A stretch of DNA of 64,000 nucleotides from Anaeromyxobacteraceae bacterium (lineage in GTDB: Bacteria; Myxococcota; Myxococcia; Myxococcales; Anaeromyxobacteraceae). A program made the translations under genes and the position numbers. This document shows, one piece after another, positions 32,344-40,717 of the stretch (within the stretch, counting starts at the first letter, position 1; every line of letters starts with the position of its first letter). The notes under the pieces are model-generated. The model worked only from the letters and a program-made list of their open reading frames with translations. It did no database searches and was not told the origin of the DNA. The stretch lies in the NCBI GenBank assembly GCA_032654565.1, contig JAULAX010000015.1, positions 576,001 through 640,000 on the forward strand, read 5' to 3'.

Positions 32344-32658
32344 TCAGGTCCTCGCTACAGAGCCATGAAAGTGCAGCCCGAGCGCGCGGATGACCTTCAT
32401 CACGGTGGCGAACTCCGGGTTCCCGTCGGGCGAGAGCGCCTTGTAGAGCCCCTCGCGCGTGAGGCCGGTCTCGCGGGCCAGCGCCGTCATGCCGCGCGCC
32501 TTGGCGACGGTGGCGAGGGCCGCGGTGATGAAGGCCGGGTCCTCCTCCGCCACCTCGAGGCAGGCCTCCCAGTACAGGGCGATGTCCTCCTCGGTCTTGA
32601 GGTGCGCCGCCGAGTCCCACTTCCTGAGCTTGAGCTTCGCCTTGGGTTTGGTCGCCAT
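32344..32658 (-). CDS. addiction-module antidote (HigA-like HTH antitoxin), orphan copy
   Basis: WDSAAHLKTEEDIALY...GMTALARETGLTREGLYKALS..GNPEFAT; near-identical to 37985-38299. Confidence 0.9.
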   Translation of the reverse strand: MATKPKAKLKLRKWDSAAHLKTEEDIALYWEACLEVAEEDPAFITAALATVAKARGMTALARETGLTREGLYKALSPDGNPEFATVMKVIRALGLHFHGSVART

Positions 32659-32690
32659 GTTCGCCTCCTACAGCCGCCTCGCCAGCCAAC

Positions 32691-32708
32691 TGTAAACCAT
32701 GGTTAACA
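32691..32708. promoter_or_regulatory. palindromic TA operator, copy 1
   Basis: TGTAAACCATGGTTAACA, matching 38629-38646 at 16 of 18 positions. Confidence 0.7.
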
Positions 32709-32777
32709 CGTTGGAACGAGCCGAATCGAGCCTCGGACGGCAGGGACGGCCAACCCAGACCGTGGGAGGATGGCGAC

Positions 32778-33272
32778 GTGTACACGCTCCGCTGCACCGG
32801 CAAGCTCCTGGCGCGGCTCGGACCCGTCACCGAGGTGGCACGCGAGCCGCCCACCACGGTCCTCGGCGACTGGTACGGCACCCTGGTCTACGCCCCCGGG
32901 ATGCAGCTGGTCCTCCTGGTGAGCGAGCGAACGCTCTTCCCGCTGGTCGTGCCGGCGCGCGAGGCCCGGACACTGCCGGAGCGCATCCCAGTCGCCTTGG
33001 GCCGCGCCCTGGCCCAGTTGGGTGTGTCCCCGCCCGCCATCGACCGCGAGGTGCAGGCCATGGCCGGGCTGCGGATCGGCAAGACCGCCAGCCGCACGGT
33101 CCTGGGCTCCATGAACGACTTCCGGCAGATGATGATGGCGCATCCCTGGCCGCCGAGGTCGCTCACCGCGTTCTCGCTGGAGCTGGCCGAGGCCCCCTGC
33201 GGGCCCATCGGCATGCGCAGCCCGGACGACCTGACGCGGGAGCTGTTCGCGGTGTCGGCCGGGCTGGTCTGA
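32778..33272 (+). CDS. hypothetical protein (DUF6933-like)
   Basis: LRCT.KLL...LGDWY...KTASRTVLGSMNDF; GGAGGA RBS. Confidence 0.7.
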   Translation: MYTLRCTGKLLARLGPVTEVAREPPTTVLGDWYGTLVYAPGMQLVLLVSERTLFPLVVPAREARTLPERIPVALGRALAQLGVSPPAIDREVQAMAGLRIGKTASRTVLGSMNDFRQMMMAHPWPPRSLTAFSLELAEAPCGPIGMRSPDDLTRELFAVSAGLV

Positions 33273-33357
33273 CGGCGCCGCGCTGGAATCGGTTATACTG
33301 ATACTGAGATGAACCCGCGCATCAGCACGCCTGGGGACCTCGCCTGGAGGCTCGGCC

Positions 33358-34041
33358 ATGGCACATAGCCGCGCCCTCGCGCCGGCCCTGGCGCCGTCCA
33401 CCGACGCACTCACCGCCGACATGGTCGGGATCGGGATGCTGGTCGGCGGCGAGGGGGCGCGCGACCCGAACATCGAGGACACGCTCCTCTTCGCGTCGGT
33501 CGAAGGCATGGAGCGAGGCGACCTCCGCGTGCTCGCTGTGCTGGTCACATGGTTCGACGTGCACTCCAGCCGCGTCAACGCCGACCGGCTCACCCGGCTC
33601 GTGGCGCTGCAGGAGTCGAAGCGGGTCCGCGCCTTCTGGAGCGCGCTGGCGCACTGGCGCTCGACCGACCGTCGTTTCGCGCGACTGGCGAGAGGCTACC
33701 GGGGACCGCGGGTCGACCTCCTGACCACAGGGACCGACTTCCAGTTGAGGCGGCACGGCGAGGATCCACGATTCACAGGGTCTAGACTTCGCGCGCCGGC
33801 CAACGTTCTGCGCGACAGGCCAGCCGACGTGCTCACACCGGCTGAGCTCGCCGCGCGCCACTCCGCTTACCGCTGGCGTCTCGTCATCGGCCCCACCTAC
33901 CGGGCCGACATGTGGTCTGCATTGGAGCGGGAACCGGCGCTGTCGGCAGCGGCCCTGGCACGGACCGCCTACGGGTCGTTTGCAACCGCCTGGCAGACGA
34001 GGAGAGACTTCGGTGTCTGGTCGGCCTCGACAGCGAGATAG
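33358..34041 (+). CDS. hypothetical protein with C-terminal HTH-like segment
   Basis: 227-aa ORF, GGAGG RBS, SAAALARTAYGSFATAW. Confidence 0.7.
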   Translation: MAHSRALAPALAPSTDALTADMVGIGMLVGGEGARDPNIEDTLLFASVEGMERGDLRVLAVLVTWFDVHSSRVNADRLTRLVALQESKRVRAFWSALAHWRSTDRRFARLARGYRGPRVDLLTTGTDFQLRRHGEDPRFTGSRLRAPANVLRDRPADVLTPAELAARHSAYRWRLVIGPTYRADMWSALEREPALSAAALARTAYGSFATAWQTRRDFGVWSASTAR

Positions 34042-34046
34042 GGCAA

Positions 34047-34074
34047 AGGGCCCCCACGTCGCCGTGGAAGCCCT
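34047..34074 (-). terminator. hairpin downstream of the duplicated tRNA 3' end (probable original tRNA terminator)
   Basis: Minus strand AGGGCTTCCACG-GCGA-CGTGGGGGCCCT then TTG. Confidence 0.6.
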
Positions 34075-34090
34075 CGTCGTTGCATCGGAT

Positions 34091-34137
34091 ATTGGAGCGG
34101 GAAACCGGATTCGAACCGGCGACCCTCAGCTTGGGAA
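34091..34137. repeat. att core, left copy (duplicated 3' part of tRNA-Gly)
   Basis: 47 bp identical to 52420-52466. Confidence 0.97.
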
Positions 34138-34463
34138 CGGACTTCACGCGGAGTCCACCTGGTGTCACTGGTTCGCAAGGGCTGGTAACGACTGGAGGTG
34201 GGTATGACGCTGGTGTCCAGCCGTCCCAGCCGGAACAGATGCTTCTCAGGGGTTTTGCTACGCCCTTGCTACGTAACTCTGGGTCGGTGTTGGAGGTGCC
34301 GCCCGGTGGCCTGCTGACGGTGCGGGAGGCGGCCCGGGTGCTCAGGGTGTCCACGGCGACGGTCTACAAGCTCTGCACGAGGGGGATGCTCGTTCACCTT
34401 CGGGTGCTCAATGTGATCCGCGTCCCCTCGGCAGCACTGCGGGCCAGTGTCAAAGGACGATGA
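34137..34463 (+). other. detached 3' part of the integrase gene (108 codons, MerR/HTH_17 excisionase-like domain), in frame with int only after excision
   Basis: Same frame through the att core (LERETGFEPATLSLG) as the integrase; continues to LLTVREAARVLRVSTATVYKLCTRG. Confidence 0.8.
34254..34273. repeat. probable integrase arm-type site (left)
   Basis: TTTGCTACGCCCTTGCTACG (tandem TTGCTACG), identical to 52331-52350. Confidence 0.75.
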
Positions 34464-35460
34464 GTTGAGCGATGTCGTCAATTGGGCCGATCTCAACATC
34501 AACGTGATGCAGTCGCTCAGCCTGGGAGGGCGGGAGCCACACGTAGCGATGTTCCCTCTGATAGGCATAGCGGAAATGCTTCGCCGATGGCACGAATACC
34601 TTCGCGCTGGTCGGCCGCAGCGGATCCACGTACGTTACTTCACCCTCCGAGAACGCAGCCCCGGGCATCGCCATCGCACTGGCTTGACGCAGGCGCCGCC
34701 CGAACGCCGCTGGGTCCCGGAGCACGACACAGGCGTCTGCGCTGAAATCGACGAAGAGGCGCGGCTGCACAGATGCGGCAACGCAGTATAGCCAGTAATC
34801 CCCAGGCGCCTTGAACTCTACGTCAAGACGCTGCGATCCGGCGTTGACGGGCACATCCTGGGGATTCTGGACAAGCCCGACCACGTCCGCTCGCGAAAGC
34901 ACGACTGACCAGTTCAGGAGCAGCTCGTCGTCGCGGATGGCTCCATTGTGCTCGGCCGCTGAGAAATAGCTCGCCGGCTGGATGCGCACTGCGCCGCGCG
35001 AGAACAGTGTCTCCATGTGAGCGCGTTTGCCGAACTTTGTGATCGTCTGCATGCCCTCTGAGCGAGCCGCGGCCACAGCAGGAGTGGCTTTGTGCGCAAG
35101 TTCGCCTACGAGATCCGGGAATGGCTCGGAATGCAAAATGTCGCGAGTGAACCCCGCCGGATACAGTCCATGGCGCAGGCGCATCTCCTCTAGGACATGG
35201 GTCCAAACTTCCGGCCAATGCCGCGTGCTCTCGTCGATGCTTACGAGGCCCACCTTGCCCTCGGCAGTGAGCACCAACTGGTTCAGGAGGATGTCCCGAA
35301 TGCGAGTATTCAGTTCGGGCTGCGACAGATGGCGCGCGTACCTGTTCTGGCGGTACTGGAGGCGCCAGATCTCATGCCTCGGCATCAGGAGGGGGACGCT
35401 CATCGAGACCCAATGGTCCCACCTATAGTCCATGCCCCTGTCAGGCAGTGGGCCGGACAC
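34450..35460 (-). CDS. hypothetical protein with DUF2971-like C-terminal motif
   Basis: 336-aa ORF; YWLYCV...KHFRYAYQREHRYVW; start uncertain. Confidence 0.7.
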   Translation of the reverse strand: MSGPLPDRGMDYRWDHWVSMSVPLLMPRHEIWRLQYRQNRYARHLSQPELNTRIRDILLNQLVLTAEGKVGLVSIDESTRHWPEVWTHVLEEMRLRHGLYPAGFTRDILHSEPFPDLVGELAHKATPAVAAARSEGMQTITKFGKRAHMETLFSRGAVRIQPASYFSAAEHNGAIRDDELLLNWSVVLSRADVVGLVQNPQDVPVNAGSQRLDVEFKAPGDYWLYCVAASVQPRLFVDFSADACVVLRDPAAFGRRLRQASAMAMPGAAFSEGEVTYVDPLRPTSAKVFVPSAKHFRYAYQREHRYVWLPPSQAERLHHVDVEIGPIDDIAQLIVL

Positions 35461-35703
35461 GGGCGGTCGCAGGGGCGCGCGATGCCTACTGGTCTGGGGG
35501 TACCCGGCCGCGACTCATCCATCAGATGGGCCATTCGATGGCTGCTAGAGCGGCCCCAGAGCTTCCAGCCTCAGGCGCGTGCTCTCCACGACTGCTCGGA
35601 AGGTCGAGAGGTCCGCTGGCGACCGGCGCGCCCAACCTCGACGTGGTCGCGGCTGTGTTCCTCATGGTGGCCGCCGCGCCATTCCTCGCTAGACTTCTAG
35701 CCC

Positions 35704-36606
35704 ATGTCAGGAACCAGCCGTCGCGTTCATCCACGCGTGAGCTTCTTCAAGTATATGAAGGCGCCTACTGCCAGGGTCGTTCTGGCAGCCAAGGCGTTGA
35801 GGTGGAGTTCGCCTCTGCTCTTCAACGACCCCTTCGATATCCCACGAGAGCTTGCGGTCGGGGTGGACCCGGCGAACCTCACGTCCGCTCTAGCACGCCG
35901 ATTTGAATCTCTCATGCTGCATCCACCAGACGACACCTCCGGTCTCCAACCGAAGGTCAGGCTCCTGGTGGAAGCGGCGAAGCGCGGGCTCGCCCCCAAA
36001 CTGAAAGCCGATCTGATCGACGAGTTCCATTCTGCGGCCGGGTCTTTGCGAGCATCGAGCGACTCGTTGAACGAGTTGCGGCGCCTCTGGGGCACCTCCA
36101 TTCCCGACTTTCGAGTCTTCTGCTTGACCGAGGATCCCACCTCCGCGTCAATGTGGAACCACTACGCGGAGAGCATGTCAGGCGCTGTTCTGGAGTTCGT
36201 GTGCAGGGAGGAGCGCGACAGCCCCTGGTTTGAGGCACGGCCCGTCACCTACTCGACTCCGGTGGCCGAGATGTTCAACGCGGATGAGCCGGCCGAGATC
36301 GTCATGCTGGCCCAGCCCCAAGCGCAGGAGGCGATCCTCGACCGGGCGACGTTCCGAAAGTCCCCGGAATGGAGCTACGAGAAGGAGTGGAGGGTCGTGA
36401 GCAGCAGGCGAGCGGCTGATACAGAGCACTATACTGACTACCCGTTTCATACTGACGAGCTTGCGGCCGTGTACCTTGGCCCCAAAATCGCTCCGGCCGA
36501 CCGAGATGCCCTAGTCACTTCGGCGCGCCCCTTCCCGCGTGCGCGAGTGATTCTGATGGAGATCGAGATCGGCCGAGGGTTTCGTCAAACCGTCCTGAGC
36601 GACTGA
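35704..36606 (+). CDS. DUF2971 domain protein
   Basis: FKYM, FNDPFD, CLTE....MWNHYA, KSPEWSYEKEWR, VYLGPK. Confidence 0.88.
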   Translation: MSGTSRRVHPRVSFFKYMKAPTARVVLAAKALRWSSPLLFNDPFDIPRELAVGVDPANLTSALARRFESLMLHPPDDTSGLQPKVRLLVEAAKRGLAPKLKADLIDEFHSAAGSLRASSDSLNELRRLWGTSIPDFRVFCLTEDPTSASMWNHYAESMSGAVLEFVCREERDSPWFEARPVTYSTPVAEMFNADEPAEIVMLAQPQAQEAILDRATFRKSPEWSYEKEWRVVSSRRAADTEHYTDYPFHTDELAAVYLGPKIAPADRDALVTSARPFPRARVILMEIEIGRGFRQTVLSD

Positions 36607-36714
36607 GGGTCGCCCGGGACGTCGAGGCCCCTGACCGGCACCGGTCATTCTTGGTCAGGGCCCGTTCCGCCGGCGCCATCCACCGATCAAGGCTCCGAGC
36701 CGGCGGATCGTGGC

Positions 36715-36945
36715 TCACGCTTCAACATCCGCGGAGCCCTCACGGAGCATCTCGTCTCGGGAGACACCGCAATAGCCACATCCGAATCCTTCCTCCAACA
36801 CCTCACCTTCATCGCCCAGGAGATCGCGCCAGATGAGCCCGTCGCGGCGCCAAACGACTTCGAAGCCGTCTCCGTGCGCCACCTGAAAGCGCCCTCTTGT
36901 CTGGCAACGTGGACACGTGATTGTGCTCGGTACTGGAATCTGCAT
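36715..36945 (-). CDS. small putative zinc-ribbon protein
   Basis: CPRC...CGYC; GGAGGTG RBS. Confidence 0.55.
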   Translation of the reverse strand: MQIPVPSTITCPRCQTRGRFQVAHGDGFEVVWRRDGLIWRDLLGDEGEVLEEGFGCGYCGVSRDEMLREGSADVEA

Positions 36946-36995
36946 GACACCTCCGAGTGAAGCATTCTCCAGGCGCCCTGCGCGGCCAGCGGAGA

Positions 36996-37730
36996 CTAGG
37001 CGTCACGGTGGGTGAGCCAAGCCAAGAAGCGAACTCCAAGATCGGTCGCGCGAACGAACGTGTAGGCACGGGAATCGAAGCGACCAAAGCTGTCGTCGTA
37101 TGCGAGACCCTTCCTTACAAGGCTTTGGATGATCGAGCGAAACACCTCCGGCGGATGGCCCATGACGGGCTCCCCCGAATAGTCGTAAGGCTTGAGTTCG
37201 GCCTTCACGCCCTGCTGCTCTTTGGACAGCAGCCAGCGTGTCGCATCACATACCTGGTGCAGGATGGCGAGTTCGGCTTCGCTTATTTCTGTGAGTACAT
37301 CAATGAACAGCGGGCCAAAGTCAGGTTCCTTCTGGCCCGTCATGGCGTGGAGCAGAACTGCCTGGAAATGGTCGCGCCTCGCCTGGCTCGAACTGCGTGC
37401 AACCCGGAGGCACACGTCTTCAACGAGGTCGCTGAACTCCGGTGATCTCATGTACTCCATATCAAGGGCCTCTTCGCGTAGTTGGGCGACGCGCGCGGCG
37501 AGCCCTACCAGAAAGCCCTCGAGGCGTGCCTGCTTGAGCCTTGAGCGTGCTTCGAACATCACCTCGTTCAACAGAGAACCGGCGTATGGGACCGCGCCTA
37601 CCAGGCCTTTGATGACCGATAGGCCGTACTCCCGCGCGACTGTAGCGGCGCGGTCGTTCGTCAGCTCGATCGAGTTCGGGGTAAGCGCACTCGGGGAGCC
37701 TGGGGCATTGCCATCTCGTGTGCGTGCCAT
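36996..37730 (-). CDS. hypothetical protein, Abi-alpha/DUF4393-like
   Basis: GAVPYAGSLL, FIDVLTEISEAELAIL, SLVRKGL, TDLGVRFL pattern; AGGAGAGG RBS. Confidence 0.6.
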   Translation of the reverse strand: MARTRDGNAPGSPSALTPNSIELTNDRAATVAREYGLSVIKGLVGAVPYAGSLLNEVMFEARSRLKQARLEGFLVGLAARVAQLREEALDMEYMRSPEFSDLVEDVCLRVARSSSQARRDHFQAVLLHAMTGQKEPDFGPLFIDVLTEISEAELAILHQVCDATRWLLSKEQQGVKAELKPYDYSGEPVMGHPPEVFRSIIQSLVRKGLAYDDSFGRFDSRAYTFVRATDLGVRFLAWLTHRDA

Positions 37731-37984
37731 GCCTCTCCTGTGGGCGGGACCGACGCCGACGGGCGCCAGCCGCATTCTTGGTGGGACTGGGTCACCTAAC
37801 GAGAATGGAAGTGCTTTCCGTGCGAGGCTCGTCGCGGTGGTTGATCCTGGGCTACATGGTCAGCCCTGGGCGTGCCTTCTGTGAAGCGCCGTCCTCCTGT
37901 TCGGGCAACCGCGTTTGTTCTCCTGGCATCGATTCACTAGCAGGTGTAGCTCACGCGCCAATCGCCAAGGCGCTTCACCCCCGC

Positions 37985-38299
37985 TCAGGTGCGCGCCACG
38001 GATCCATGCAGGTGAAGCCCGAGGGCGCGTATGACCTTCATCACGGTGGCGAACTCAGGGTTGCCGTCGGGCGAGAGCGCCTTGTAGAGCCCCTCTCGCG
38101 TGAGGCCCGTCTCCCGGGCCAGCGCCGTCATGCCGTGCGCCTTGGCGATGGTGGCGAGGGCCGCGGTGATGAAGGCCGGGTCCTCGGCTGCCTCATCGAG
38201 GCAGGCATCCCAGTAGAGGGCGATGTCCTCCTCGGTCTTGAGGTACGCCGCGGAGTCCCACTTCCTGAGCTTGAGCTTCGCCTTGGACTGGGTCGCCAT
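37985..38299 (-). CDS. addiction-module antidote (HigA-like antitoxin)
   Basis: HTH motif ALARETGLTREGLYKALS; directly downstream of the toxin. Confidence 0.92.
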   Translation of the reverse strand: MATQSKAKLKLRKWDSAAYLKTEEDIALYWDACLDEAAEDPAFITAALATIAKAHGMTALARETGLTREGLYKALSPDGNPEFATVMKVIRALGLHLHGSVART

Positions 38300-38308
38300 G
38301 ATCGCCTC

Positions 38309-38599
38309 CTACAGCCGCCTCGCCAGTTCGAGTGCACTGGCGATGTCCCTGGCCTGCGAGGACTTGTCTCCGCCACCGAGCAGGACGACGACCTCCAGGC
38401 CTCGCTGGACGAAGTAGACCCGGTAGCCGGGCCCGTGATGGATCCTCATCTCCGAGACGCCCTCGCCGACCGGAGCGCAGTCCCCGAGATTCCCGGCCTC
38501 CGCGCGGTCGATGCGCGCCTGGATGCGGCGGGCTGCTCTCTGGTTCGGCAGCCCCGAGAACCAGGTGTCGAAGGCCTCGGTGGTGAGGACCGGCCACAT
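38309..38599 (-). CDS. RelE/ParE-fold addiction-module killer toxin (HigB-like)
   Basis: RIQARIDR...GNLGD...VGEGVSEMRIHHGPGYRVYF...LLGGGDKSSQ. Confidence 0.92.
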   Translation of the reverse strand: MWPVLTTEAFDTWFSGLPNQRAARRIQARIDRAEAGNLGDCAPVGEGVSEMRIHHGPGYRVYFVQRGLEVVVLLGGGDKSSQARDIASALELARRL

Positions 38600-38605
38600 G
38601 GAGGG

Positions 38606-38646
38606 AATCTAGGGCGCTCGCCTGCTGGTGTCAACCATGGTTCACA
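38606..38646 (-). promoter_or_regulatory. sigma70 promoter and palindromic operator of the TA operon (leaderless toxin mRNA predicted)
   Basis: Minus strand TTGACA-17 nt-TAGATT-6 nt-ATG; the -35 lies inside palindrome TGTGAACCATGGTTGACA. Confidence 0.75.
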
Positions 38647-38975
38647 ATAGGAAGGGGCCCGATCGAACCTCAGGCCACTCGGGGCCCGTGGTGGTTGGAC
38701 GGAACAGTCCGGAGACGAGGTGGAGGGCGGGTTGAAATAGGTGCATCGAGGTCATCCCGCGCGCCCTGGCAGGTCCCCGCCACCGATGAGGTGGCGCGCG
38801 CGATGCGGGGAACCACGACAGTTTCGAGGACCGATGTGTGGCTGGTCTGAGTATTCGCATGGAAGTCCCAGTGCTTATGCCCCGCGTCCGCCATCGGCGT
38901 AGCCCCTAGTTTGCTAGCGGTCGGCCGGTGGTTATCCTGAAGGAAGTCCAAGGGCGCGATCGGTCGAGTCCGTCG

Positions 38976-39017
38976 TTGACAACAATGACCATACAGCGTA
39001 TATATGGTTACCATACA
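38976..39017 (+). promoter_or_regulatory. sigma70 promoter with repeated ACCATACA boxes
   Basis: TTGACA 38976-38981, 17-nt spacer, TATATA 38999-39004; ACCATACA at 38988 and 39010. Confidence 0.7.
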
Positions 39018-39064
39018 AGTGGCGGCTGAGGCCGCACGGGACTAACGCTTGGGAGCTACGGACT

Positions 39065-39301
39065 ATGAGTGCCACCACCACCACGGATGACAGCAGGGGG
39101 GTCATCAAGATCTCGCTGAACCTGCCCAGGTACGTGTTCGACGCGGTCAAGGAACTCGCCGCGAGGAGCCACACCACGAACACGGCCGTGATCCGTCACG
39201 CTATCGAGTTCATGAAGTACCTGGACGACGCTAGCCAGAACGGCGCCAAGGTTCTGATCAAGGAACCGGGCCAGGAGATGAAGGAGGTGGTGTTCCGATG
39301 A
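39065..39301 (+). CDS. ribbon-helix-helix (CopG-like) DNA-binding protein
   Basis: KISLNLP..VFDAVKELA...TNTAVIRHAI pattern. Confidence 0.8.
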   Translation: MSATTTTDDSRGVIKISLNLPRYVFDAVKELAARSHTTNTAVIRHAIEFMKYLDDASQNGAKVLIKEPGQEMKEVVFR

Positions 39302-39339
39302 CGTGACCCAGGACTGACGTAAACCGATGCGCCGTCACG

Positions 39340-39759
39340 ATGAGTGACGGCCTGCATTTACTCTCGCGAAAGGACTTTCCCCATGTCGTTCTTGACCACC
39401 GAGTAGAGGACCAGATGACGAACACACCTCCAGCCCATCGAGAGTGTCTCGATGGCATCACAGATAGTGACGCAGTTGAAGAAGTCGATCTCACACACGA
39501 AGGCGCCGGCGAGCGGCTGACGCTGCGCCTTCGACCCTACACACCCCAACGTGATCGCGAGCGGAAGCGGGGCTGGCTTGCATACAGCCTCGTCGGCCTT
39601 GTCGCGCTAAACGTGTTGGGCGCGTTCGGGCTCGTGGTCGCAGGCTTCGACATCGCGATCATCGAGAAGCTGCTCACCTACACGTTCACTCCCATCATGA
39701 CGCTGACCGGCGGCGGCGTGATGGCGTTCTACTTTGGAGGGCGCACCGTGAGCGGCTGA
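39340..39759 (+). CDS. membrane protein with two C-terminal TM helices
   Basis: WLAYSLVGLVALNVLGAFGLVVAG and TFTPIMTLTGGGVMAFYFG; start uncertain. Confidence 0.7.
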   Translation: MSDGLHLLSRKDFPHVVLDHRVEDQMTNTPPAHRECLDGITDSDAVEEVDLTHEGAGERLTLRLRPYTPQRDRERKRGWLAYSLVGLVALNVLGAFGLVVAGFDIAIIEKLLTYTFTPIMTLTGGGVMAFYFGGRTVSG

Positions 39760-39791
39760 TCCGGTCAGACGACGCTGACGGACTTGCTAGT

Positions 39792-39826
39792 GGGGATGAC
39801 CCGAGCGCGCGGCTCGGGTCATCCCC
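39792..39826 (+). terminator. strong hairpin/terminator
   Basis: Perfect 15-bp inverted repeat GGGGATGACCCGAGC-GCGCG-GCTCGGGTCATCCCC. Confidence 0.7.
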
Positions 39827-40018
39827 TTCAAGCACGCGGCCGGAGCCGCCGGACCGTCTTGAACGCTACGCCACAATCGAGCGCTGCCCTTGCCGCACGA
39901 TCCCCTTCAGCTGAACCTGGAGAATGCCGCCATCCACCTCGATCTGCGTGAACGTCACGCGCGCCGAAGTAGCCGAGATCGGCCACGTTCTGGTCGCCCG
40001 CGAGTGTATCCTCACGTG

Positions 40019-40717
40019 GTGAGCGACTCGGCAGCGTCAACGCCCATTGCGCCAGGTCCCGTCCTGGTACTGAATGGCAGGCAGCGAGCCGTCGAGGCGG
40101 CGCTCGCAAGGAAGAACACCGAGCTTGTCAGGTTCTACGTCGGCGCGCTGAGTGCCGTCGCCTACGGGGCCAATCCCGACCGTCTAGCGCAGGCCGCGCA
40201 CGGCTTCCGAGAGCTGATGGAGAAGTTCCCCAAGTACGTTGACGTCGCGATACCAGCCCACAGCGAGAAACTCGGCGTGAAGGTCAACGAGCTTGAAGGC
40301 AAGTGGAACAAGGCGAAGGTGAAGAGCAAATGCCGCCGGCCCGAAGGTGGCTGGGAAGGGGAGATCGACAAGCCTGCGCGTGAACTCCTCGAAGCGACCG
40401 ACGCCCTTTTCGGTTGGAAAAAGGACCACATGCCACGCCGACAGGCTGAGATCGCACAGACGCTGGTGCGGCTGGATCCGGCCGGACGCCCGCTTCCGGC
40501 GCCGCTCCAGAAGCTAAACGTCAACCTCTGGGCGGATATGCGTGACTTCTTCCAGAAGGTCGCTCACCACGGCTACGTCTGTACAGTCGAGGAGTTTTCA
40601 CAATGGGCAGAGGCGCTCGAACTGTTTCTGATCGAGCGGCTCCAGCCTCGGACGTTCGACGACTTCACGGCCATCGACGCCATCCTCGACGAGGGGAAGG
40701 GTGGAAGGAATGGTTAG
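40019..40717 (+). CDS. hypothetical protein, possible HEPN-like helical nuclease
   Basis: NPDRLAQAAHGFRELMEK and RDFFQKVAHH; start chosen at GTG after a TATCCT box (ORF open from 39890). Confidence 0.7.
   Translation: MSDSAASTPIAPGPVLVLNGRQRAVEAALARKNTELVRFYVGALSAVAYGANPDRLAQAAHGFRELMEKFPKYVDVAIPAHSEKLGVKVNELEGKWNKAKVKSKCRRPEGGWEGEIDKPARELLEATDALFGWKKDHMPRRQAEIAQTLVRLDPAGRPLPAPLQKLNVNLWADMRDFFQKVAHHGYVCTVEEFSQWAEALELFLIERLQPRTFDDFTAIDAILDEGKGGRNG

Noticed and set aside
33921..33937. Third att-like sequence ATTGGAGCGGGAACCGG
   Set aside because: Only a 13-nt exact match (17 with a one-base gap), inside an intact-looking CDS; cannot be distinguished from chance
33912..34136. N-terminal part of the listed 183-aa ORF 33912-34463 as a real gene
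   Set aside because: Overlaps another CDS and a terminator and crosses att; only the portion after att is meaningful, as the integrase tail
34091..34137. Second tRNA-Gly gene
   Set aside because: Only the 3' part is present; the 5' acceptor strand and D arm are absent
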